Below are positions 53,240 through 64,000 of a DNA stretch of 64,000 nucleotides, piece by piece. The stretch lies in NCBI GenBank assembly GCA_040954595.2, contig CM082583.2, forward strand, positions 9,286,254 through 9,350,253. The letters run 5' to 3'. The notes beneath the pieces are model-generated. The model worked only from the letters and a program-made list of their open reading frames with translations, did no database searches and had not been told where the DNA came from. This stretch comes from Balanoglossus misakiensis. Taxonomy: Eukaryota > Animalia > Hemichordata. A program made the translations under genes and the position numbers. Numbering within the stretch: the first letter of the stretch is position 1; the number at the start of each line of letters is the position of its first letter.

Positions 53240-56200
53240 CTACAGAGAAAATAATAGTCAGCCAAAATCAGTTATGGAGGGATACTTAGAAGAAACAAGT
53301 AAAAAAGTACACTGCATTTGCTGCATAGATACCAAGAAGATTCGCTAAGCATTCATAAGATCGAGGAAACAATGAGAGGGTCTCTGATTTGGCATGGCAA
53401 CACCCGTCATCGACGTCATGTCACCTAACATCATAAGCAAGAATAATAACTTTTGTGTCAAAGAACACAGTCGACAGCAAAAATATTGTGACAGGTGTGT
53501 GTGTTTTGATTGAAATTGATGGTATCTGAGCTACACTCTATCAAGATTTTCTCCAAAAAAAATTCAGCCAAAAAAAAAAAGGATTTTTATCACATTCGGT
53601 AATTGCTTTTCCCAATTCAATTAAAATCAAAATAATCTTCTCTTGGAAGGGGAAAATAGCAAGTGACAATAAAAACACCAACAAACTATGCTCTCTGCTA
53701 ATTGCAGCTGTCCCTAGAGTTTCGTTACATGCGCAGTCACAAGTAACCTTTGGCAATCTTTCAAAATACCATTTAGTATTCAATTCTACTTTTTTATGGG
53801 GTCCACTCCAGCATTAGCCTTCAAGGTTGCAATAAAATCGACAGATATGATTCAATTGGCACACTGATCTTAATCATTAAAACGTGCGGTTGCGCAAGTG
53901 AAATAGAGTGTTTGCCAAAAAATAAAATGATGTCAACCAGGAACAGCTGGTTAGAACTAATATTGAAGGAAATATTACCCTGGCTGGTTTTTATCAAGCG
54001 TTTGTCTGGAAAACGGATTTTCAGCAGCTGTCACGTTTTTCGACTCGCGATGCGTGGTTGCTAAAATAAGTTCTCCTGGTTATCGAAACCAAGCTTTACT
54101 ACAAGTGTATACATGTACTAAATCCACTGAGATTACTGTTATGTCCAGCATGGTGCTTTATCAACATCATAAATTGAAGCCTGTAGAAACTGACACTTGA
54201 AACCACTCATACAACATTTTTCTTTTGGAACATACGTAATAGAACAGCGATTGTTTTCTTTCAGTTTCACTTGAGCAAGATCAACTTAGAATAAAAAAAG
54301 AAGTGGCAGCTACTGAGGCTTTAGTAATTTCTGTTGTTGTTGTGGATTTGCCTAGCACTTGACTTTTGTATTGTAGTTTGCTGGTAAATATGTTGGAAGG
54401 TGTTCACATCTACTAGTGCCTTGGCAACATCTTGATTGATTTTGTGTGTTTTGTCTATGTAAACATTTAAAACCCCGGATGAGCAAATAAATTTTATGGG
54501 ATGAACATCTTCTCTCGTGCACAACAAGTGAAAAACACAGTCAGGGTCATGAAGACATCTTTGTACCGAAAATGGCCCATTGAAGCAGATCATGTTGAAT
54601 ATTTTGCAAAAGTTCATAGCAGTGTGATGAAATTTATCACAGAAACTGCATGTATTGTTGCTTTATTTGACTCAGACAGGACTGTCTAGACAAATGATAT
54701 ATTTCCAACGCTTAATAAAAACATCACCTGGTTATTTGCCAAAAAAGGCACAATAAAAAAAACACTGCAATTACTTCTAAATACTGTATAGCCAATCCCT
54801 GCAAGCACGTCAGATATCCACGGTCACCCACATAAATTACCTGGGGTTTTGTTAAATTGTGATTGGTAGTTAGTGTGACCTTGGCTAATGAATAATTAAC
54901 ATCCACAAGCTCATGAATAATTAATGTACTCACTGCAGCGTGGGGTCACTCAGAGATCACTGTGTCGTTTACCTTTAATGCAACTCCATCTGGAGTTTGT
55001 ATTACTCATAGAAAATGCATCATGTAATATTTGCCCAGACACTTGATTAAATTTCCAGAACAAAAACACTGCCATTGCCCATAATATCCAACAATTCTTC
55101 ATCCAAAACGACACAATGATATATTAGTCTCTGCAACATTATATTATACTAAATTTTCCATATCAAACAGAGCAAATGGTCCTGTATCGAAATATGAATG
55201 CATAGTTTGTTTTGTGTGGTAGGTAGATTGCATGGCACGCAATGTAGATGGACAGTCATGCGACGTACAGCGTGACTAATGCCCAAGTTATATCTCAAGA
55301 GATAATTTTAACTTTGTGTGTACGTACAAGTTACAACTATGCGTTTCTCTCTAATCAGGCAACCTGGCACGACAGACTGTGAGCAAACACTAGAGTATAG
55401 CCTACCATCTATGTTTTCTCCATGGATTGGCTTACATAACCCGAAATAGGCATTATTACCCGTATCGCAACCATGGTTACTTTATCTGTTCAGATGTGTG
55501 TAGTCGTAAAGTTGAAACAGGTTTATCGCACAGGTGACGACAAGAACTTTGTATAAAATAGATGTCATCAGATGAGTGTACAAACTAGTGCCAGGTACAA
55601 AAAGAAATACATCACCACTCTGAAAACTTCTATTCGTGTTGAAAATGCATCCGTTTCTACCCCCTTCTATTCTAAAATGTTCCGTACAGCAGAAATACGT
55701 TTCGATTTATGCCAGAGAAACACCCAAATTTTGCTGCCTCGGTGTTTGCATTTTAATTGCCAAGCCACAGGAAACTGAGATTTCCATGTCATTGGCCCAC
55801 CGTGCAAGCGAGAAGTCAAGCTGTTAACTCACATTCTCTGTAATGTGAAAAGTATTCTGTGAGAACATCATTTGAGAGTTGTCAGATATTAGAGACACAC
55901 AACTAACTTCTGACCCGATCAGTTTTTACGCTTTTAAAGCCATGACCTATGGATGCCCTTTCCAATGAAGAAGTGTTAAGGATTATTACCAGCGGACGGC
56001 GATAAATTATTATCTGAAAGAAAATCTGACGACTATTTGGCAGAATGTCAGGCACTGTGGTCGGTTTTTACTGGTGATTGTTCATCGTTCCCAGAGGGAG
56101 GAGTCACAGCAGCTCCCAAGGGACAATATTCAATGATTTTTTGCGGGATATGTAATGGAACCTTTTTCAAATGTACTGTGCTGGCCAGCATGGGAATTCA

Positions 56201-57502
56201 TTCTTGTTACAGATTTGTTTTATGTTCGATCTCAGGTTTTGCAGTTAACTTTTACCTCAGTCCCTCTATGTGATAAAAGGACTATGATTTTACTTCATCG
56301 TTTTCCTTTGAAATGAATTATTAACACCTGTTGAAGTGAATGACAGGTCACCAGGCTGACATTCGCCCCATTTTATATAACTATAATGCTAACGCACTTT
56401 CATTCGTGGATGAGAGTATACGAAGAAAGGCGATCGCTTCTCAGAACTGGAACAAAGAGACGGGCTTACAATGGGTTAATAAATCATGAGATTCCCAGAA
56501 GACATTTATACTTCAATGAATCAACATGGAAAATTGAACATAACTCGCATATTATGCAGTCTGGTCATGTGACAGAACTCCGTGATTTATGAGCACTATC
56601 CGTGCCGTGCAGAAGTTCTTTAATTTTTTCTTGCGAGTGCTAACAGTGTATTCTGCAGCAGTACTTGCACGAGTGCAGTCAATGAAAGTGCATCAGAACA
56701 TTTGAGTGACAAATCATTTCCAGCACAGATATCTTTCTGGTGTCGAGTGTACAGAAAGTTGTCTTTAAAAAATAGATATTCCAGTCAGTTGAAAACTGTT
56801 ATGTCTGGTAGACTTATTCATCGTGAAATAACTTCATCTTGGTAGTAAATTTTCTTCAGGTATGTAGGTTGATGATCATAAAAGATCATGACTAATGAAG
56901 CAAGTCAGGAAACCTGTTACCAGCTGTCTAGATGTGTGACATTACCAGAATGAATCATGGTGACGGGGAGCTAGGGTAAAGTGAAGTATTTTTGACGCAC
57001 ATGTACATGTAAGGTCTCATTCAGTTTACGGAAATGCATGATACCATCCAATAGTTTCTTGTGTGATGATCACACTATGAGATCTATGTGGAATAAATAA
57101 CACTGGCGGGGTTTGGATAAGTCAAATAGTTTTTTTGAGTTGAAGGTCTTATTCAGTTTAAATATGGCACCTGCAGTATACGTGATGCTGACACACAGTA
57201 TCTACTGTGGTCAAACAACTTTTTTGAGTTTCAGTAGAGATTCGAAAGCTTGAAATAACCCCCAAAATCGCATAACTTTCTGTCATTTTTCTGGTCTTTT
57301 CAAGCAGTTTAAGCTAAAAATGGTATCTTACAACGAAAAAGACTACCGGTATGCAATGCTTCTGCAAGATTTTGCTTCATACTGTGACTAACGTCAAACA
57401 TTGACGACATACCTGACATTTTCTGATCAAGCTGGCATTGCTGAAGCCACAACTGACTGAAGCAAGAATCAATTTTTAACGCTGTACATTTTTTTTATTT
57501 CT

Positions 57503-57592
57503 TTCCCAAGACTTTCAAGGTCCTTTCAGTTCCAGAAGGGTTTCCAAAATTCCAGGAATTTCAAGGGCTTTCTAGAAAAGTGTGTGAACCCT
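57503..57592 (-). mobile_element. Truncated MITE-like repeat end, intronic
   Basis: Minus strand reads AGGGTTCACAC...AGAAAGCCCTTGAAATTCCTGGAATTTTGGAA, resembling 35355-35420. Confidence 0.35.
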
Positions 57593-57648
57593 ACAGTTCT
57601 ATTTTTGACATGTAAGACAAAACCCCTACCACAAGCTGAGCAACTTAC

Positions 57649-57747
57649 TCTCCAGATTTCTCACTTTCTCTTCTGTTTGTAACCTGAGTGTTCTTTCTTG
57701 TTCAAACTTTTCTGCCCAGACCGAGTCGTTTCCAAAATTCCCTGAAC
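57649..57747 (-). CDS. Ski/SKOR SAND-like domain protein, coding exon 3 (coiled coil)
   Basis: tttttgatag acceptor and GTAAGT donor; 99 nt, phase 1-1. SGNFGNDSVWAEKFEQERTLRLQTEEKVRNLE. Confidence 0.82.
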
Positions 57748-57913
57748 CTATCAAAAATGTAAGAAAAATCAGTAATTATTTTGTTCACAACACATCATAC
57801 TCCATCCGTCCATCCATCTCTACTGCTGAAGACTTTAGGATTCAATCAACACTGATGAAAATATGTGAATAAAAGCCGTGAACTGTACGGAACATGGAAA
57901 TACAACAGCTCAC

Positions 57914-57973
57914 CGAGTCTGCTTGTAGCTAGAGAGATGAGTTCTTGCGCTGTCTGCAAAATATATACAGGAT
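57914..57973 (-). CDS. Ski/SKOR SAND-like domain protein, coding exon 2
   Basis: ttttcttctctcattgtag acceptor and GTGAGC donor; 60 nt, phase 1-1. DPVYILQTAQELISLATSRL. Confidence 0.8.
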
Positions 57974-58683
57974 CTACAATGAGAGAAGAAAACAATGCAT
58001 TAAAGGGACATTAGCATTAACATCTGGCGATTTTTCAGTATTTATATTTCATGTGTCAACTACATTTCTTGTCATACTGCCTTTTAATGGTAAACCGTTA
58101 TTTTAAAAATAACATGAAGATGACCTGAACTTAAAAGTAATCATTTTTTATAGCTGCTTGTTTAGCACACTCTTCAACTCATATAAGAGAGAAAAAATCG
58201 GCATGAGTTATTGCCTATTGGTTGCAATTCTGAGAATAACAGGGTGCTAAAATTTTAATGAATTATTTGGAAAAACTAAATCTCCCTTTTTACATCTAGG
58301 GCACATTTATTACGAAAAGTAGTGAAAATGGGTTGAGTGATAGTGCATGGTTGATTGCTCCTGTGTGGCACGACACACTTTGCTGAGTAAATCTCCCATA
58401 ATTCACTGCTATAAACTGACTTGGAACATGGAAAGCTGCTTCCGGGATAGGGATTCTAGACAGCAAGAAGACTTGAAGAAGCTACATCAGTGCTTCAGGA
58501 TGCCCCTGGCAACAGGGTACCATGGCAACCAATATGAAATGTCACTGAGGCAAAAAAAAATCCCCAAGATACAAGAAGATACAACTTGGGGCTGGGACAA
58601 AGGAAATTTTGACAATCCCTCAAGTGAACTCAATTAAAGCTCGCTAAAGTCATGTCTGCTTGAAGAGGTTTGAGGTTCCTCAC

Positions 58684-60049
58684 CTTCCTTATGCATGTTA
58701 TGTAGGGTGCTAAGCGGACGGTCGTCTTCAGGGTGGAGGGTGCCGGCGTTGGAGAGTGTTGAGCCATTGTTCTTCTCATCTGGGGTGAACGTTCCATTTG
58801 CGACACTTGAGATGTTAGACAGGGAGCTGGTCCGGCGCAGGGAGCCGTGACTCCGCAGATTTGTCTTCACGGAATCGGCGGACATTCGGGAAACTTCCCG
58901 CATGTCCGACGGAAGGTATTTCTGCAAGTTGTTTTTCTTGGAGAGGGAATTCGACTTGGCCGGCTGAGGACCCATGATGACCGGCTTGCTGTGGCGGGGT
59001 GCCGTTCGGTCCAAGTCGTTCATGCTGCCTGCCTTGCGGATGAGCAGCCCCGGAGCAGACGGCCTGCGCTCTCGTCTCGAGCCGTGCCGTCTGGGCAGGG
59101 CCGAGTCGTCCACACTGATCCCGCTCATCTGTGGGTTGAACTCGTCGGAGAGTTCCCCCGCCACGGACATCTCCTCCTCTTTCAGCCCTGACACGTCCAG
59201 GGCGCCGTTCTGCCTGCTGCACTTGGAGAGCAGCAGGGAGTCGGTGAAAGTCGCTGGCCGCTTCCTGGGAGAGATCTGCTGCAGCTTCATCTGGAACTCT
59301 TCCCAAAGGCGGATCTCCTTCTCCGTCGGACTCTGAACGTCCAGCTGGAGGGCCACGCCGCCGTCGCAGTCCTGCCGCCTTCCGAACCGGTCGTGGAAGT
59401 GCTTCAGGAAACTGCCGGGGGTGTAGAAGATGCCGCAGTCTCGGCAGCGTATGCACTTGGACTCTCCCCGAGTGTGATACTTGGGCAGCAGCATCCCGCG
59501 CTGCGTTCCTTTGCTGCTGCTGTGTTTCACGGGGATCTGCTGGCTCATGCTCTGCCGCAGCCGGTCAGCCGGCGAGGGGCACCTCTTTGTCTGTTCTTCC
59601 TCCCCGAATTCCATCACCACATTCTGTCTCGCGTTTCGCAGTATCTCGTCCACACTGCTGGCCTGAATCTGGCCCTGACGCGTGCTGTGTTGCTGGAGAC
59701 TAGACATCTTCGACGTCATCATGGAGTTCTGAGAAACTGAAGTGACAGGCTGGTCTGTAAGCTCGGCTATCCCTTCGTCCAACTCGGCAATGATGTTGTC
59801 GAGCCCACTGCCGGAATCATTCAAAGACGGGGATATCCTCTTGGCAGAAGTCTGCAGCCTTCTAAAGCTGCCATTTCTCTTGTCAGTCTTCGCCTGTGCC
59901 ATGATCGGGCTCAAACTCTCCATGCTGATGTCCATATCTGAAGTCAAGTCTCTCAGATCAAGTCCTGCCAGATTTTCATGCGAGGAAGCCATCCTAATTC
60001 CAGCCATGAAGTGAACTTTCTTCTTCGGCGACCTAAGTGATCTCTGCAT
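58684..60049 (-). CDS. Protein with c-Ski/SKOR-type SAND-like (Smad4-binding-family) C2H2 zinc domain, large first coding exon; total about 534 aa
   Basis: GC-rich long ORF. IPVKHSSSKGTQRGMLLPKYHTRGESKCIRCRDCGIFYTPGSFLKHFH aligns by eye to Ski [47 protein letters not shown]. The exon starts at 60125 with an in-frame TAA upstream of ATG 60049. AAG|GTGAGG donor at 58683. Confidence 0.85.
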
Positions 60050-60518
60050 TATCAAATTTTCTTCTTCTTTAAAATGTTGTTGTTTGTCAAAGAGACATTT
60101 TTCAGCACCAGTGATGAAGAATTATCTGTGAAAATAACAGAATGTCTATGATAAACATGTACATCTTGTAGGGACACTGAGGCTCTGTATATATGAAGTA
60201 TTGGTTATGTATAATTACAAATGGTTTTGAGGCGGGATAAGACTACATGTAGCTATCCATGAGGGAGGTAAAATTCTAATGATTATTTAAAAGTGTATGA
60301 GTTTTCCTGGAAATTGCATGGAAAAAAGAACTCTTTGGCTGGATCTTACTGATTCCATTTTTTTTATTAGTGTGTGCAGAGGTTGTAATGTAATCTTCTT
60401 TCTATTAGTACATCTAGAAGAGATTTTGATGTCAAACCCCATGGTAATTCCTGTTTGTGAAGTATATGAGTGTAAACAAAGATAGTCAAATAAAGGAAAG
60501 TTGTCTCAATGTCTGCAC

Positions 60519-60571
60519 AATGTCACGATGCCCTTCAGTTTAATGTCACAACGCCCTTCAGTTTAATGTCA
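60519..60571. repeat. 23-bp tandem duplication
   Basis: AATGTCACrAyGCCCTTCAGTTT x2 plus a partial third copy. Confidence 0.85.
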
Positions 60572-63500
60572 GTAAAACTCTGTCAAGGAAATTAATCAGG
60601 ATCTCTAAAACAATGGAAGCAGCCCAGAGTTATTCTAAACAAGCTTTCTAAACATGAACTTCCGATTAAAAGTGGAATGAGGTCGTAAATCAAAACACAA
60701 AAAATTGAATGATTTCAATGACTCTTTCGACATTCAAAGTCAAAGTTTGATGAATAACGCAACAAACAATGAAACCATTGAAAAGAAGACTGCAAATAAG
60801 ATATGTCAGGGATGTTCTTTTGAAGAGATTGTGAAAAAAAGATTACTATTGTCTCATGTTATTTACTCTTGGCATAAATACATGACTCAGAAAGAACGTT
60901 AACTGGCCGGCCGGCAAACACAATTTCAAGCGCAAACAGGAGAACTGTGTCAAATACAAAAATACATATCATCTCTGTATGACTCAAAAGTCGGACGTTC
61001 ACTAAAGCGATTCCCACGGTAAACAGGTGTGGCACGATCTCCGGTTCATGTAATTTTTAGTAGCGGCGTTCCGTTTATGCACGATGGACAAATACCATAA
61101 TTGTCTATCGATTGAGTAATTGAAGAAGTTTATTCAGGAACACAAGTTCACTTCCTCCCACAAAATTGATGAATACTAACTGATTCAATCTGCGCTATGG
61201 ACCATTGGAGAAAATGCACCTGTCTGTCGTCGTGGGAATTTTTTCCCACAGATTTCAGAAAGCCATCTTGAATTTCTAATAACGGTCGTTAAAACATATT
61301 TCTATCAAAATCAGAAATGGTTGATGACACTGGAAGTTAGGAGGAGGTCAGTCACGGCGTACTTGAAAGGTTGCAATGACCTTTACAAAGTCAGATGCCC
61401 TTCATTTTGTTAAAATTGTCAAGGGAATTTGCAGAGGCTTTGAAACAATTGACGTTATTGAACTTTTTTCATAATTTGTTCTAAACATACATAGACTTCC
61501 TGGCAATGACATATTAAAACAAACGTACACAAACGAACAGAAAAAGTCATTGTCTGTTGATATTTATGGAAAGTGAATTTCTGCCAGTTGGTATTATTGA
61601 ACATGTACACACATGTTGAATTCATACCGGGCCCTGAACATAGGCATTCTATGCAAATACTTTCAGTGGATTAATTTCTGGCAATGAACCATAGACTAAA
61701 GAGTAGGAATACATGTACATGTATGTACCCTGGCCTCAAATTTTTCACAAGCAAGATGATAGGAGAACATTTTTCAATTCATGATATTTTTTTACCCTTT
61801 AATAGTTGTCTTTGGAAGGTAGTCTAATCTCAGGAGCAATATGGTTGTAAATGTTAGGCAACTTTTGGGATGAATTAAAAGTTACAGTTTTTTGGAGACC
61901 AGCTGAAAAGCACACATGCTGGCAATGATATTGAAAAATGGATGCGAATTTAAGTAAGGTTAAGTTTTCCACTGCCTACTGGCTCTTGTCTACCTTTGAT
62001 CACCAAACAATGAGGAATGTGTAATCACTTTTCAAGGATGGATTCCGCAGAGATTAAAAAAAATGAAAGCTTCCTTCTTTTGTGTGTCATGTTTGCTTTT
62101 GGCATAAATATCATTTGCAAGGTAGTCTGGTATACGCAGTGTCAGTCCTTGCGTTCAAGGAAATCAGTGGTTTGTGTGTCACGTGACACATTCGACAGAT
62201 GGTACAGATTTGTCAGAGAGACTCTGTGGTTGAGATTGTGTTTGCTGCAGTGCAATGGTCAGTCAGGAATTCAGAGCCCCTTTTTTCAATAATTTGCAAG
62301 TGTTTTGCACACAAACAAATCATTGTACGGAGATTTACTAAAAGGCTTTTGTGAAATACCATGCAGGCTTTGGTATTGGCATGATTCCCATGTACCGGTA
62401 CATGTGATTGTGTCTTCAAGCAGTTTGTCAGGAGATAACATAAAACAGACACCAGACTTACTCTGACAAGTTACTGTATTTTGAATCATGGGAAAAGAGC
62501 ACCTAGTTTGATGCCTCTGTCACGTCATGTGATATGGTAGGGACTATTTTCTGGGCGATTTGGGGATTGACAATTTCTTGCCACATAATACAAATGTGGC
62601 AAAGTTCCAATTCTGTGCAATAGGACTGCTTCTCTATACTTTTAAAAAGTAAAGCGGTGACATAATGCGTGAGTCTGGCAAGATTCGTCAACTATTAGCT
62701 GTGGCAGAGTGCTCGGAACACCAAAATGCAGTATCAATTGATAATTCGAACATGCCAATCTGCATGGACAATGCATTTGAATAATGGTGGACATTTCTGA
62801 ATGGCTGCAAAATAACAAGAAATAACACCGATTTGGTTCTTTGGGGGATTTGTTTTGTTATTGCTGGGGTAACCTAATCCCCCAGGTGTATTACCCGGCA
62901 AATTGAACACAATCGATACAATAAGTGGTTTCACCGTTGGAAAGCCGGAATTCTATACTCTCTGTACACAAGGTAATGGGGTTTCCAATTTCTACATGAG
63001 CAACCGGCGCGTTGCTGATCCGTGTAACTGTGAAACTCTGAAGATTCATCCGTACGTAGCCTTGGATGAAGGGGGATAGGCAGCAGACACTACTATGGGT
63101 AATCCGGATGACCTCTGAAATCACATAATTCTAGAATCAATAACCCAGATAGGTAGAGTACACCCAGCGGGGGAAAAAAGGGGGAAGTAATATTGATTTC
63201 ACTCAGCAGGTACATGTACATGTACAAAAACGGTGATCAACCGTCTATACATGTACACACCATAAATAGAACTGGAAGAATAGGAATCATTACAAAACAA
63301 TGAAAAGAATCAACATGCACGGCCATGGTGATTGGACATAACACAACGCGAAACCATATTTGGCAAGCAATGCCGGACTGTCAACCACTGTCTGTACAAT
63401 CTTGCGTCAAAACAGACTAATCAATTGAAATTTTCAATCACCAAGGACTACAAACAAAAATTCCCATTCACTAGATTGCAGAAAGTATGCATGACCCTCA

Positions 63501-64000
63501 TATTTCAATTTTTTTGTTCATAGTTTTTACGATCACTAGGTCATACCTGCTATAAAACTGACACTGTATCTGGAATCTAAGCATACTGAGTATTTGTTTT
63601 ATGACACTGGAAAAGCCTATTGTGACATTTACAAGGGCAACTGGTGAAGCAGACAGTTTTACAGTCTACCAGACAATCAGAAAACACACATTTATTCAAA
63701 CAGGGGTTGCTAGGACCACTTCTCAATAACGCCAATTGCAACTGCCGAGGAAACGAATACCACAGCTTAAAACTTAAAAGTCATCAATCTTATGGTCAAT
63801 AAAAATCTACCTTGTTCAGCAGTTCACCTTTATACAGAGCTACTGCAAGATGCATCATATTCACACTGTAACTGCTGTCGACTGCTGCGACAGTGTTGTT
63901 CGTGATATTTTGGCAATTATGACGAGTGCAACAAATATCAAGAATGAATGCTCAGATTTCTGTAGTTTTCCAGAACATTACTAGACTAAAATACGCTTGG

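Noticed and set aside
58815-60014. Overlapping 213-aa and antisense ORFs in the large Ski-SAND exon
   Set aside because: Expected by-products of GC-rich codon usage, with no recognisable motifs.
62891-63124. 77-aa minus-strand ORF after a tttcag acceptor
   Set aside because: No recognisable homology and it ends in a stop. At most a 5'UTR exon of the Ski-SAND gene.
1-64000. CRISPR arrays, tRNA/rRNA genes, autonomous transposon ORFs
   Set aside because: None recognised. The sequence is eukaryotic with spliceosomal introns and shows no RT or transposase motifs.

Overview
AT-rich, intron-rich animal genomic DNA, plausibly from an invertebrate deuterostome; most listed ORFs are chance. Manual splice-phase tracing supports four genes. 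(1) The 3' half of a K+-dependent Na+/Ca2+ exchanger (NCKX/SLC24, + strand, six exons 26631-34860), preceded by at least 26 kb with no recognisable coding exon. (2) A 91-aa minus-strand ORF (39593-39868) with a PUMA/BIM-like BH3 motif (IGLSLRAIADDAN), i.e. a candidate BH3-only pro-apoptotic gene. (3) A 230-aa Mcl-1-like Bcl-2-family gene (41006-42348, +), head-to-head with (2) across a short CpG-rich bidirectional promoter. (4) A 534-aa minus-strand protein (60049-53160, four coding exons) with a Ski/SKOR-type SAND-like zinc domain and a C-terminal coiled coil but no Dachshund-homology domain. The most striking observation is the compact, divergently transcribed BH3-only / Mcl-1-like 'killer-guardian' pair. 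No database searches were run; family calls rest on motifs recalled from established knowledge.
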